Shown: positions 9,997 to 18,651, numbered from the stretch's first letter. The stretch: 43,795 nucleotides of DNA from Dehalococcoidia bacterium (GCA_030602805.1 JAUVZA010000003.1:1-43795), one strand, 5' to 3'. Made by a program: numbers and translations. The notes: generated by a model not told the origin, from the sequence alone.

Positions 9997-11103
9997 CTAG
10001 GTGTCAAACCATTCGGAGAAACTTTCGTCTACAAGGTAATCGTCAATTCCTATCTGCACTATTAAACGGGTATGTTTATTTAATGGTGGTGCTTCAAGAG
10101 TCAACGCAACTGTAATCTGTTGACTAACTCCTAAATTGAATGTTTCACTTTGTACTCCATTCCAAAGTTTATCTTCTCCTGCATCAAATCCCGCCAATAC
10201 AGATACATTGTTAGCTGTAGCAGACCCCAAGTTATAAATTGTAACCTTTAACTCGCCAACGTTTCCTCTAGCTTCTATACTCCATTCATGAGTAAGAATT
10301 GGGGTCGAGACCATTGGATATACATAAGCTGAAGTGCCCTCATACACGTCTGGAAGTTGACCTATTCTCCACCCTGTGCCTGTTGTCTCCAAATAATAAT
10401 ACTTATCACCATTGTACTCCCAAAATGTTCCGTATATATTTTCACCACCCTTCACACCTACTGCTATATGGTCAGGAAACACTATTAGGACTACTCCATA
10501 ACCCATTTTATCAAGTAATGACGCCAATAGGATTGAGGTATCTTCGCAATCACCACCATTATCTACAAGCGTCTCAATCGGATATCTGGGATACTCGTCA
10601 TAGGGGGTAGTAACGGAGTCAATTGTATATGGAAGACTCTGTACGAAAGTAACTGCAAACTCTACAGTTTCATACTCGTTATATCCCTGCTGTGAAGATG
10701 CTTCTCGTATTTTCCCCACAAGGAGATCTATATATGTATCATCCAATGGGTGAGTTATATAAACTGAATAGTTTTTGGTAGGCGGGCGAGGTAGCTCTTT
10801 AAAGTATTCATATAATGACTCTGGTATTGGAAACTCCCAACTCCACTCCATACCATCGAATTCCCAAACATAGTTGCGTGTAATGAGCTCGTTTGATTGA
10901 GGGACTTCTTGAATAAATTCCGATAATCCGACTGTTGATTGTTGTGATGTCTGAGGTTCAACCGTTTCAGTAGAAGTGCTGGAGGGAGGATTTGACAAAT
11001 CTGTGTCTGTAGGTTTTTCTGATGGTGATAGAGTGGAATTGTCATCAGGCAGAGTAAAAAAGAGATAGGCTGCGATTATGACTATGATTATTATCCACTT
11101 CAT
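9997..11103 (-). CDS. secreted transglutaminase-like cysteine protease domain protein
   Basis: N-terminal signal anchor, S/T/P linker, GDCEDTSILLASLL, PDHIAVG, YYYLETT. Confidence 0.78.
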   Translation of the reverse strand: MKWIIIIVIIAAYLFFTLPDDNSTLSPSEKPTDTDLSNPPSSTSTETVEPQTSQQSTVGLSEFIQEVPQSNELITRNYVWEFDGMEWSWEFPIPESLYEYFKELPRPPTKNYSVYITHPLDDTYIDLLVGKIREASSQQGYNEYETVEFAVTFVQSLPYTIDSVTTPYDEYPRYPIETLVDNGGDCEDTSILLASLLDKMGYGVVLIVFPDHIAVGVKGGENIYGTFWEYNGDKYYYLETTGTGWRIGQLPDVYEGTSAYVYPMVSTPILTHEWSIEARGNVGELKVTIYNLGSATANNVSVLAGFDAGEDKLWNGVQSETFNLGVSQQITVALTLEAPPLNKHTRLIVQIGIDDYLVDESFSEWFDT

Positions 11104-11196
11104 ATGAGTAATAATAGTAGTGCCGAGTTAGAGATGTCAACTACGAGCGATAAACCTGAAAAATCCTAAACAGCACGAGGCGTCATTTTAACCAAT

Positions 11197-13629
11197 TCAA
11201 TTATCCACCCTAACCCATAACCTTTTTCCATCGGTGATGAGTTCTATAGTTCCCTGCTCATCAGTTCGGTATATTTTTTCTGAGCCTAGCTTTTCCTCAA
11301 GCCTCTCCATCACCTCAGGGGTGGGGTGACCGAATCTATTATCAACCTTATCAGCCCCCACTGAGATGACGGCTAGCTGCGGGTTGACCACTGCCAGGAA
11401 CTCAGGAGTAGTGGAGGTATCAGAGCCATGATGGGCAACCTTGAGCACGGTGCTGGTCAGAGTAGCTCGGCAAGCAATAAGCTCAAATTCTGCCTCCCAC
11501 ATTATATCGGCAGTAAGCAGGAAGCTTACTTCACCCATACTTATATGTAATACTATGCCATTATTGTCTATATCGGACTCAGTGTCAGTTAAATGAGGTA
11601 TTTGGGGGTTAAGCACCTTTATTACTACCCCTTTGCCTAAATTAATTTGCTGTCCTTCTTGGGCTATGATGCACTTAATGTTCTTTTCCTTAAGTAACCT
11701 GAGCCATTCATCATATATATCTGACTCAGAATCCAGATTAGGATGGAGCACCTGCTTGACCTTATATCTCTGTAGAACCTCTACCAGGCCGGTGACATGG
11801 TCAGCGCTGGGGTGGATCAGTACGACCAACTCAATAGTTCTATCCCAGAAGGGCATTTTATTGCCCAGACCCAGGCTTATCTCTTGTGGGCTGAGTCCGC
11901 CGTCAATCAGAACCTGCAGAGTTCCTTGCTGAACAAGTATGGCATCGCCCTGACCGACATCGAGAAAGCTCACGTGGAGATTATCATCAGGCATAGTGGC
12001 CGCAGCCACTGATACTAGAATAGCTACCACCGCTAGTGGCGGGATAACCCATTTCTTAGGCAGTTTGGAGACAGAATTAGTGATTTTATTTATACTTGCC
12101 TTTCCCGAGGTTAGGGATTTGGCGGTCAAGGTGCTTGCCTGCCGACGATGACTATTGAGCCAGAGGGCTAGGGCTAGCACCAGGTAATAAGTCCAGATTA
12201 GGCGGGTGTTTATGGTATCTACCTTGAGGAAGGATAAGGGAATAGCGGCAAAACCATTGACCACCAGTAGCATATATGACAGGAAAAGCCAGGCTAGCCA
12301 AGCTAGAGCTTGAGCAGCGGGCAGGGCGATGAGTCCCAAGCTACCAGCTAAAGCTCCGGTGATAATAATGCCGGGTAGAGCCAGCAAGACAAGGAATGTG
12401 GCTGGGAGACCAACAAACGAAATAATGCCGAAGTAATAGGCAACAAGCGGCCAGACAGCTAGGATTGCTCCCAAGGGTACACTGAAGCTGTCAGTAATGA
12501 GGTTAGCCACAGATGCTGCTGGTCGGTCTTCACCCAGGGTAGCCTTGACCGCTCTTCTTCCCAAAGCCTGGAGGGGTGGGAAAAGGAAGATTAGACCAGC
12601 CATAGCCGTAAAGCTCATCTGGAAGGCGGCAGCCCACAGGATGTGAGGGCTGATGCCTATCATTATGGCAGCGGCGAAGGCTAGGGCGATGATGGCGGTG
12701 CGCTGTCTGCCCAGAAGCTCGGCAGTGAGGAATAGGCTAGCCATAATTGCTGCTCGAATTATTGGCGGATGCATGCCGGTGAGCAGGGCATAAAGCCAGA
12801 TTATACCCAGTGCCAGCCAGATGTAGAGGTAATGCTTCTTGCCCAAGAGCCAGATACCAATGCTCAGTATCATGCCGAGCACGATAGTGAGGTGGAGACC
12901 TGAAATAGCTAATAGGTGAGCGGTGCCGCTGTGGGAGAAATCGGCTTTGACTGATGAGGGAATATTGCCCCGAATGCCTAAAATAATACCCTGGGCTAGT
13001 GATGCCTGTGGTTCAGGTAAAACTTCAGCTAGGGTTTGGGATAGGTGGTTTCTCAATGAGTAAACCCACTCTAGCGGCTTAAAGCCTTTGCCTGTCCCCA
13101 CAATTTCTATCTTAGGGTAGAGCATAGTAGAGTAGATTCCCTGATGGGCTAGATAACCTTTATAATCAAAGTCATTAAGTTGGGGTGGCGTCTCCAACTT
13201 CCCGGTTACACGTAGCACATCGCCATAGCTATAGGTAGGGTATCTGGGGACAAATAGCAGAACTGTTCCTGATACCTCACGGCGTTCTTCGTCCAGTCTT
13301 ATTTCTGTAGCTGATAGGCGGATATGAGTAGATTTATCTCTAACCTCTGGGTCGGTGTTGATTATCCCTTCGATTTCTACTGTTCCCTGGTCATTGTAGA
13401 ACTGGAGGCAATGCTCATTGATAGTGGGCAGGCTTGATTGAAAGCGGAAGGCGCCGCTGAAGAGGGCAATGAGACACAGGCTGGTTAAGATTATTAGTTT
13501 CCGGTGTTGGCGGAAGAAAAGTAGGGGCAGAGGAATGAGCCCGATGAGGATGAGGACTAAGGGTAGATTAAATTTTGACCCCAAAAAGATACCAACTACC
13601 CAAGCACAACTAAGATAGATAAGTGGCAC
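11197..13629 (-). CDS. comEC: DNA internalization competence protein ComEC/Rec2
   Basis: OB/DUF4131-like region, GTAHLLAISGLH competence motif, DVGQGD and KVAHHGS metallo-beta-lactamase domain. Confidence 0.96.
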   Translation of the reverse strand: MPLIYLSCAWVVGIFLGSKFNLPLVLILIGLIPLPLLFFRQHRKLIILTSLCLIALFSGAFRFQSSLPTINEHCLQFYNDQGTVEIEGIINTDPEVRDKSTHIRLSATEIRLDEERREVSGTVLLFVPRYPTYSYGDVLRVTGKLETPPQLNDFDYKGYLAHQGIYSTMLYPKIEIVGTGKGFKPLEWVYSLRNHLSQTLAEVLPEPQASLAQGIILGIRGNIPSSVKADFSHSGTAHLLAISGLHLTIVLGMILSIGIWLLGKKHYLYIWLALGIIWLYALLTGMHPPIIRAAIMASLFLTAELLGRQRTAIIALAFAAAIMIGISPHILWAAAFQMSFTAMAGLIFLFPPLQALGRRAVKATLGEDRPAASVANLITDSFSVPLGAILAVWPLVAYYFGIISFVGLPATFLVLLALPGIIITGALAGSLGLIALPAAQALAWLAWLFLSYMLLVVNGFAAIPLSFLKVDTINTRLIWTYYLVLALALWLNSHRRQASTLTAKSLTSGKASINKITNSVSKLPKKWVIPPLAVVAILVSVAAATMPDDNLHVSFLDVGQGDAILVQQGTLQVLIDGGLSPQEISLGLGNKMPFWDRTIELVVLIHPSADHVTGLVEVLQRYKVKQVLHPNLDSESDIYDEWLRLLKEKNIKCIIAQEGQQINLGKGVVIKVLNPQIPHLTDTESDIDNNGIVLHISMGEVSFLLTADIMWEAEFELIACRATLTSTVLKVAHHGSDTSTTPEFLAVVNPQLAVISVGADKVDNRFGHPTPEVMERLEEKLGSEKIYRTDEQGTIELITDGKRLWVRVDN

Positions 13630-13644
13630 TAGCCTCCATCCTTA

Positions 13645-13756
13645 GAGATTGCTTACCAACCCCTCACCCTTTATCCCTCTCCCCTTCATAAGGGGAGAGG
13701 GAGGAGAATTTCTTAAAGGGGCTTCGCCCCTTTTAATCCCTTTACTAAACAACCTC
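13645..13756 (-). repeat. MITE-like element, subfamily A, with 8-bp target-site duplication
   Basis: Imperfect TIRs GAGATTGCTTAC and (rc) GAGGTTGTTTAG; CATCCTTA at both 13637-13644 and 13757-13764. Confidence 0.88.
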
Positions 13757-13767
13757 CATCCTTATTA

Positions 13768-13855
13768 TGCTGAAAAAGCCCCAAGGACTTTTTCAGCAAG
13801 TTCACACTCCACCCCCCACCTTTAATCTCCGTTGAAAAACGCAGTTTTTCAACGG
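13768..13855. repeat. two short palindromes between comEA and comEC
   Basis: TGCTGAAAAAG...CTTTTTCAGCA (13768-13798) and perfect CCGTTGAAAAAC-GCA-GTTTTTCAACGG (13829-13855). Confidence 0.7.
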
Positions 13856-13861
13856 TCTTTA

Positions 13862-14371
13862 TTAGTCGGCTACAGTAATCAGGTGTTTAATCTTCTCGTA
13901 GGTAGCAGTTCCTATGCCTTTTACCTTGATTATCTCACTAATATTGCGGAATGGTCCGTTTTGCTGGCGATAATCTATGATGGCTTGAGCCCTGGTTTCT
14001 CCAATTCCAGGTAGAGCCTCAAGCAGCCAGGCTTCAGCCCGATTAAGGTTGATTTTTTGCGGCTGCTCCTCCTCTCCTGTCTGGAGGATGTAAAGTTTAA
14101 GCCAGCTGCGGTCGGCGCTACTCGTAGTTCCACCAGCAGCTTGAATAAGAGCGTCTATGGTGTCCCCGGCTTTTAACGAATAGAAGCCGGGATTACTGAC
14201 CGCACCACCAATGTAAATCCTGCCTTGTGGCTCTTGAGCTGAAGGTATAGAAATCTCTATTGGTTGACTTGGGCTATATCGTGCCCAGGCGACTATACTG
14301 CTAATAGCAATAATAGCTACCAGGAGAATAGTGATTAGTGTCCAATACTTGTTAAACTTGCTTGTTGTCAT
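13862..14371 (-). CDS. comEA: ComEA DNA-binding protein
   Basis: N-terminal TM, SLBB-like GAVSNPGFY, HhH motifs LPGIG and VKGIG. Confidence 0.95.
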   Translation of the reverse strand: MTTSKFNKYWTLITILLVAIIAISSIVAWARYSPSQPIEISIPSAQEPQGRIYIGGAVSNPGFYSLKAGDTIDALIQAAGGTTSSADRSWLKLYILQTGEEEQPQKINLNRAEAWLLEALPGIGETRAQAIIDYRQQNGPFRNISEIIKVKGIGTATYEKIKHLITVAD

Positions 14372-14680
14372 GGAAGACCTCCTAGCCTTGGCTCTACCTT
14401 GTATAACACTACTTTAAATGGTAATGGGCAATGAACTACTATATTTGCCATTTGGCTAACTGATGTTGGGTGAACAGAGAGAACAAATCCCCTTCTGTAT
14501 ACCTGTTAGCGTAGGAGCCTAATTGGAAGTAAACAATAGCTTCCCATTCAGCATACCGGTTTTAGTCAGGTAAGGTAAGGCAGAGGGGTAGATACAACGT
14601 GACCAGTATCTAGTGGGTGCCGCCTCTCTGTCTGCCTCCCTACGCTGTGCCTTGCACATATGTGCCTCCCTGTGCTCCGT

Positions 14681-14792
14681 GGTAGTACTGTTTGTGGTAG
14701 CAATAAAAAAGGGTAGTAAACTATAGTGTCTTTTACTACCTTTCAGGGTAGTCTTTAGAGGTAGTTATGGGAGGTAGTTATGTAGAGGTACT
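14681..14792. repeat. GGTAG(T/C) iteron-like array
   Basis: Copies at 14681, 14696, 14712, 14747, 14760, 14773, GGTACT at 14787, plus an inverted copy at 14735-14740; 13-14 bp period in the last four. Confidence 0.6.
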
Positions 14793-14823
14793 TCTCTTCT
14801 GCCCTTTCGTTCTCCATGAAGCA

Positions 14824-14844
14824 CTTGTGCCCTCAGGGTGTCGC
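14824..14844 (-). repeat. conserved site E (GCGACACCCTGAGGGCACAAG on - strand)
   Basis: 20/21 identical to 32079-32099. Confidence 0.8.
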
Positions 14845-15015
14845 TCCCACCATCAAAGTGGCTGTAGTTCGGAACCGCCTGTATCAAAAGTATCAACTTT
14901 TAAAATTCTCTAAATTCATGAAAATTGGCTGTCTGTATCAACCCTCATTGACATTACAACATTTGTCATTGACAATATTCCAGTTTTTATTGGCATTTTT
15001 TATTCTTTTTTGTGC

Positions 15016-15043
15016 TTGACTCGACTCTAAAAAGGCCTAGAAT
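15016..15043 (+). promoter_or_regulatory. sigma70-type promoter for the element's left operon
   Basis: TTGACT-16 bp-TAGAAT; TGACA-N10-TGTCA operator-like repeat at 14949-14968. Confidence 0.55.
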
Positions 15044-15111
15044 TACATTTATAAATTAGTTATACATCTAAAGCAAACCCTAACATAGCACAGAGGAGGA
15101 CGCAAGGGTAA

Positions 15112-15357
15112 ATGAGCAGCCGGTACAGTCTAATCCTTATGAGGCTAAAAGCCGGGCTAAAGCAGTATGAGCTAGCCCAATTGCTCGGGGTATCTCCCAC
15201 GGTTATTTGTGATCTTGAGAGAGGCCGACGATCAATAACCCCGGAGATAGAAAAGTGGATCAAAGAAGCCATCACCGAGGTCAATAGAAAGTCAAGCTCT
15301 GGGAAGTTAGTATCCGCCCAAAGTAATCCTAACCCTCCAGGAATGCGAAGATCGTGA
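15112..15357 (+). CDS. XRE-family HTH regulator
   Basis: LKQYELAQLLGVSPTVICDLERG; GAGGAGG RBS. Confidence 0.85.
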   Translation: MSSRYSLILMRLKAGLKQYELAQLLGVSPTVICDLERGRRSITPEIEKWIKEAITEVNRKSSSGKLVSAQSNPNPPGMRRS

Positions 15358-15551
15358 AAGATAACTCCGAGCCGAAAGTTGTGGTTAGCTGGCGGCCAGT
15401 TGTTGGCGAACCGTCGGCTGCCTGGCGCCGATTATGCCTCTTGCTTTTCAGGAAAAGAGGGAAACCAACGGGCACTCACGAGACTACTGGCAGAGAATTA
15501 ATAACACGTGAAAAGGGAGGGTTTGGTGAGGAGAGGCAAGCTGAAAAGTAA
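15354..15551 (+). CDS. small hypothetical protein
   Basis: GTGA overlap with the HTH gene suggests translational coupling. Confidence 0.5.
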   Translation: MKDNSEPKVVVSWRPVVGEPSAAWRRLCLLLFRKRGKPTGTHETTGRELITREKGGFGEERQAEK

Positions 15552-15558
15552 AATGAGG

Positions 15559-15585
15559 AGCCGCTGAGCTCGTAACTCAGCGGCT
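15559..15585. terminator. 10-bp-stem hairpin
   Basis: AGCCGCTGAG-7 nt-CTCAGCGGCT; no U-tract. Confidence 0.35.
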
Positions 15586-15721
15586 AAGAGCAGGTCGATG
15601 GTGATCAGTTACCCCATTACAACCTATGCTAATTATAGCCCTGTAGTCAAGCAAATTTCAACAGGTGTTGGAATTTTTTCTTTATCCACAGGTATTTTAC
15701 CCATAACGAGGTTTCTTTCCA

Positions 15722-15829
15722 ATGAACACTGAGAGAACCCTGATTGAAGTCGCGGCCCAGCTGACCAGGGAGCAAGGGGAAGCATTCGTTAAGAAGATCT
15801 AGGACAGGCTGGAGAAGAATAGTGGCTAG
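15722..15829 (+). pseudogene. small ORF with in-frame TAG, overlapping the initiator start
   Basis: MNTERTLIEVAAQLTREQGEAFVKKI*DRLEKNSG*; internal TAG at 15800-15802. Confidence 0.45.
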
Positions 15830-16673
15830 ACCTCACAAACAGACAGTAGATTACTTCCCCCACGATACTGATGCCAGCGACGGTAAGACGCTAACTATTA
15901 TCCAATCCAAGTATGGCAATGATGGCTACGCCTTCTGGTTTAAGTTGCTCCAGTTACTCGGCAAAACACCGGGACATTTTTATGACTTCAATAAACCCGC
16001 TGACTGGGAGTTTCTGTTAGCAAAAACCCACCATAATGATACAGAAAAGGCCAAGGATATTCTGGAGACGCTTGTTGTGCTTGGTGCTATTGATGCCGAG
16101 CTCTACGCTCATGGCGTTATCTGGTGCCAGAAGTTCGTGGATAGGGTGGCAGATGCCTATGACCGGACTGTAAATGGTGCCCCCAAAAGACCTGGGTTTT
16201 TGGTTAATGTAGGAGATAAGAGTATTTCTGTACCAGATAATAATGTTTCTGCCAACAGAAACTCTAAAAATGCTACAGAAATACCACAAACTAAACTAAA
16301 GGAAACTAAACTAAAGGAAACTAGTGGTCCTTCTCATACAGAAAAAATTAACCAGGTTAGTGACCTTTCCGAGGATATGGCTGAAATAACCACTTTGTAT
16401 GAGGCTGAAATAGGGAAGATAACATCCTTCGTTGCCCAAGAGCTTAATGATGCTATGCAGAATTATCCGCCGAAGATGATAAAGGAAGCTATTAAGGGGG
16501 CAGTTAGGCAGAATAAGCACCAGTGGAGCTATGTCAAGGGTATATTAAAGAATTGGGGTAAAGAAGGATACCCTGAGGGCTCACCAAGTAAGAACGCCGG
16601 GGTGAATAGAATAAACAAGGATGATCCGAATAAATACATCAAGGGCAAGTATGGGCATATGGTCCGGCGCTGA
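15822..16673 (+). CDS. phage/plasmid-type replication initiator (DUF4373/Lin1244-like N-terminus, DnaD-like C-terminus)
   Basis: VDYFPHD...KYGNDGYAFWFKLL; C-terminal WSYVKGILKNW DnaD-type motif; internal 15-bp tandem repeat. Confidence 0.85.
   Translation: MARPHKQTVDYFPHDTDASDGKTLTIIQSKYGNDGYAFWFKLLQLLGKTPGHFYDFNKPADWEFLLAKTHHNDTEKAKDILETLVVLGAIDAELYAHGVIWCQKFVDRVADAYDRTVNGAPKRPGFLVNVGDKSISVPDNNVSANRNSKNATEIPQTKLKETKLKETSGPSHTEKINQVSDLSEDMAEITTLYEAEIGKITSFVAQELNDAMQNYPPKMIKEAIKGAVRQNKHQWSYVKGILKNWGKEGYPEGSPSKNAGVNRINKDDPNKYIKGKYGHMVRR
16288..16323 (+). repeat. tandem repeat (AAACTAAACTAAAGG)x2.4 inside the initiator gene
   Basis: Direct read; encodes TKLKE-TKLKE-T. Confidence 0.8.
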
Positions 16674-16784
16674 TAGGGATGCCAAAATTGAAATAAGGAG
16701 GACGACCTTATGCCAGCGCAAAGAAAGGGGGGGGTTGGTGAGAAAAGGAGTGAGTTTGCTCGTTGAAGAGGGGAAGTAGGTAAG

Positions 16785-17483
16785 ATGAAAGCAGCCCTAT
16801 ACGCTAGAGTCTCAACAACAGACAAAGACCAAAACACAGAGGTCCAGCTATCGAAACTCCGGGACTACTGCCATGAGATGGATTGGATTGTTTACCGGGA
16901 GTATGTTGATGAAGCCTCGGCTGCTGACTTCTTGGGAAGAGTAGGCTGGAAACACCTGATGAAGGACGCCGCTCTACACAGGTTTGATGTGTTGCTCGTC
17001 TGGAAAATAGACCGTGCCTTCCGCTCCGTTATTCATGCCGCCAATACCCTAAGCATGTTAAGGGGTTACCGGGTGGGCTTTCGGAGTTACATGGAGCCAT
17101 CTATTGATACCACCACTCCCCATGGCGAATTTATCTTTAATATTATGGCGGCAGTGGCCGCACTGGGGAGGCAGACGATAAGTCAGCGAGTCCGGGCTGG
17201 GATGGACTATGCAAAGCGGCACGGAACCAAGTCGGGCAATAAGATTGGTCGGAAAAGATACGATGTGCCCTTTACAATCGTTTGTAAAGCCCTCCAGGCT
17301 TGCTGTGGCAATTATTCGGCAGCGGCAAGGCGGATATTTGAAGAGACCAGGATAAAAGTTAGCCCGGGGTTTGTGCAGACAAGGGTGCAGCGGGAGGATG
17401 AAACGCTGGAGGATATTTTGGGCCAGCCTTTGCAAAGCCTCGCCCCAAAATCGGGGCAAAAACAGCTAGCAAAGGAGGGCTGA
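16785..17483 (+). CDS. serine recombinase (resolvase/invertase family) with C-terminal HTH
   Basis: YARVST..Q...Q catalytic motif, VWKIDRAFRS, IDTTTPHG; GNYSAAARR HTH-like tail. Confidence 0.92.
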   Translation: MKAALYARVSTTDKDQNTEVQLSKLRDYCHEMDWIVYREYVDEASAADFLGRVGWKHLMKDAALHRFDVLLVWKIDRAFRSVIHAANTLSMLRGYRVGFRSYMEPSIDTTTPHGEFIFNIMAAVAALGRQTISQRVRAGMDYAKRHGTKSGNKIGRKRYDVPFTIVCKALQACCGNYSAAARRIFEETRIKVSPGFVQTRVQREDETLEDILGQPLQSLAPKSGQKQLAKEG

Positions 17484-17540
17484 GGAAAGACGTTTGCAAA
17501 CCAGGTCTTTTGTGAAGAGGGAACTCGGAGCAAGTACGGC

Positions 17541-17566
17541 TGGACATATAAGGGAGAATTAAGACC
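17541..17566 (+). other. putative recombination core site A
   Basis: ATAAGGGAGAATTA (17548-17561) recurs inverted at 32105-32118; ends 36 bp upstream of the tyrosine recombinase. Confidence 0.55.
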
Positions 17567-17597
17567 AAAGAGGAAAGAGCGAGGATAAGGTTTCAAA

Positions 17598-18230
17598 ATG
17601 ACACAAGTTAGCCCGATACGCGACCTTAAAGGATACCTTGAACCCGAGCAGGTGGAGAGGGTGCTTGCCACTGCCACCAGTCCCAGGGACGCGCTGCTTG
17701 TCCGCATCCCGTGGCGAACCGGCATCAGGGTGTCAGAACTCATCGGGATAAGGGTTCAGGACATAGACTTCGAGGGCAGAGCTGTCTTGATTAAAATCCA
17801 AAAGCAGAGAAAGAGAGATGGCAAAACGGTCGAAAGAAGAAGGCTCGTCCCTATTGACCGGGACACCTTGGGCATGGTGAGGGAGTACCTGAAGTGGCGA
17901 GCGCAGTTTCCCTACAAGGGTGACCTTTTATTCCCCATTTCACGCCAAAGGGTTGCCCAAGTTTATTGGAAATTGGGAAGAAGAGCAGGGATAAAGGAGA
18001 TAGGTGACCCAGCAGTCTCCAAGCATAGGAAATTGCATCCGCATGTGCTTCGCCACAGCTTCGCCATCCACTGTGTGAAACATGGTATGTCAATTGAGCG
18101 ATTACAGAAAATCTTGGGGCACTCAAGCCCCACGACCACTTCAGTCTACTTGCAATACTCCTTGAAGGACCTCCATGAGTCCTATGACGAAGTTTGGGAA
18201 GAAGATGAAAGAGAAGAGACCAAGGATTAA
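17598..18230 (+). CDS. tyrosine recombinase, catalytic domain only (210 aa)
   Basis: GIRVSE, HPHVLRHSFA, LGHS, TSVY catalytic residues; no room for an N-terminal core-binding domain. Confidence 0.93.
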   Translation: MTQVSPIRDLKGYLEPEQVERVLATATSPRDALLVRIPWRTGIRVSELIGIRVQDIDFEGRAVLIKIQKQRKRDGKTVERRRLVPIDRDTLGMVREYLKWRAQFPYKGDLLFPISRQRVAQVYWKLGRRAGIKEIGDPAVSKHRKLHPHVLRHSFAIHCVKHGMSIERLQKILGHSSPTTTSVYLQYSLKDLHESYDEVWEEDEREETKD

Positions 18231-18651
18231 AAAAGCAAGAAAAGAGTCTGGTAAGAAACGGAAGCCGACGAATCCCCCGCAAATAACCGGCTTCTGGGGG
18301 CGGGGAGCCAGTCTGTACAGGCCTGGCTTGTTTACAAAAAAGTATTTTGTAAAGCACGGTGAGACCTGCGCTGCCGACATCTACTATGCGCTAAGCCAGG
18401 AAATAGAGCGCTTAAACAAAGAACGAATTGAGATAGGCGAAAAGCCCTTTGAAAGACCGAACTACTCCAGTTTCTCAAGGTATTTTCATTGGTTCCTCAT
18501 ATTGAAACTCATAGAGCGCACTGACAAGCGAGAGCGTGCAATTTACAATTTCTTGCAGAAGCGAGTATTCTACAAGTTGACTGCCAAAGGCAAGGCTGAA
18601 GTGACTGCCTGGGAGGACCCGATTTCAGTAAGACATCCAGAGTTTCGCTAA
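18205..18651 (+). CDS. putative winged-HTH DNA-binding protein coupled to the recombinase
   Basis: Overlaps the recombinase 3' end; basic; RVFYKLTAKGK wing-like motif; start assumed at ATG 18205. Confidence 0.6.
   Translation: MKEKRPRIKKARKESGKKRKPTNPPQITGFWGRGASLYRPGLFTKKYFVKHGETCAADIYYALSQEIERLNKERIEIGEKPFERPNYSSFSRYFHWFLILKLIERTDKRERAIYNFLQKRVFYKLTAKGKAEVTAWEDPISVRHPEFR

Noticed and set aside
316-13756. Hairpin repeats as a CRISPR array
   Set aside because: Copies are dispersed, in both orientations, without regular spacers, and no cas genes are present.
14454-14511. Integron attC-like site (GCTAAC...GTTAGC with inner imperfect palindrome)
   Set aside because: Spacers between outer and inner arms are very asymmetric (about 8 versus 1 nt), no cassette ORF precedes it, and the recombinase is too short to be an IntI.
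14816-15019. Track ORFs 14816-15019, 18779-18982, 31826-32017 and 32082-32288
   Set aside because: No clear RBS or motifs; they overlap repeat or regulatory DNA or better-supported opposite-strand genes.
16569-16582. TACCCTGAGGGCTC as an inverted copy of the conserved site
   Set aside because: It lies inside the initiator CDS and matches little beyond the CCCTGAGGGC core; similar short matches near 19553 and 38558 are also intragenic.
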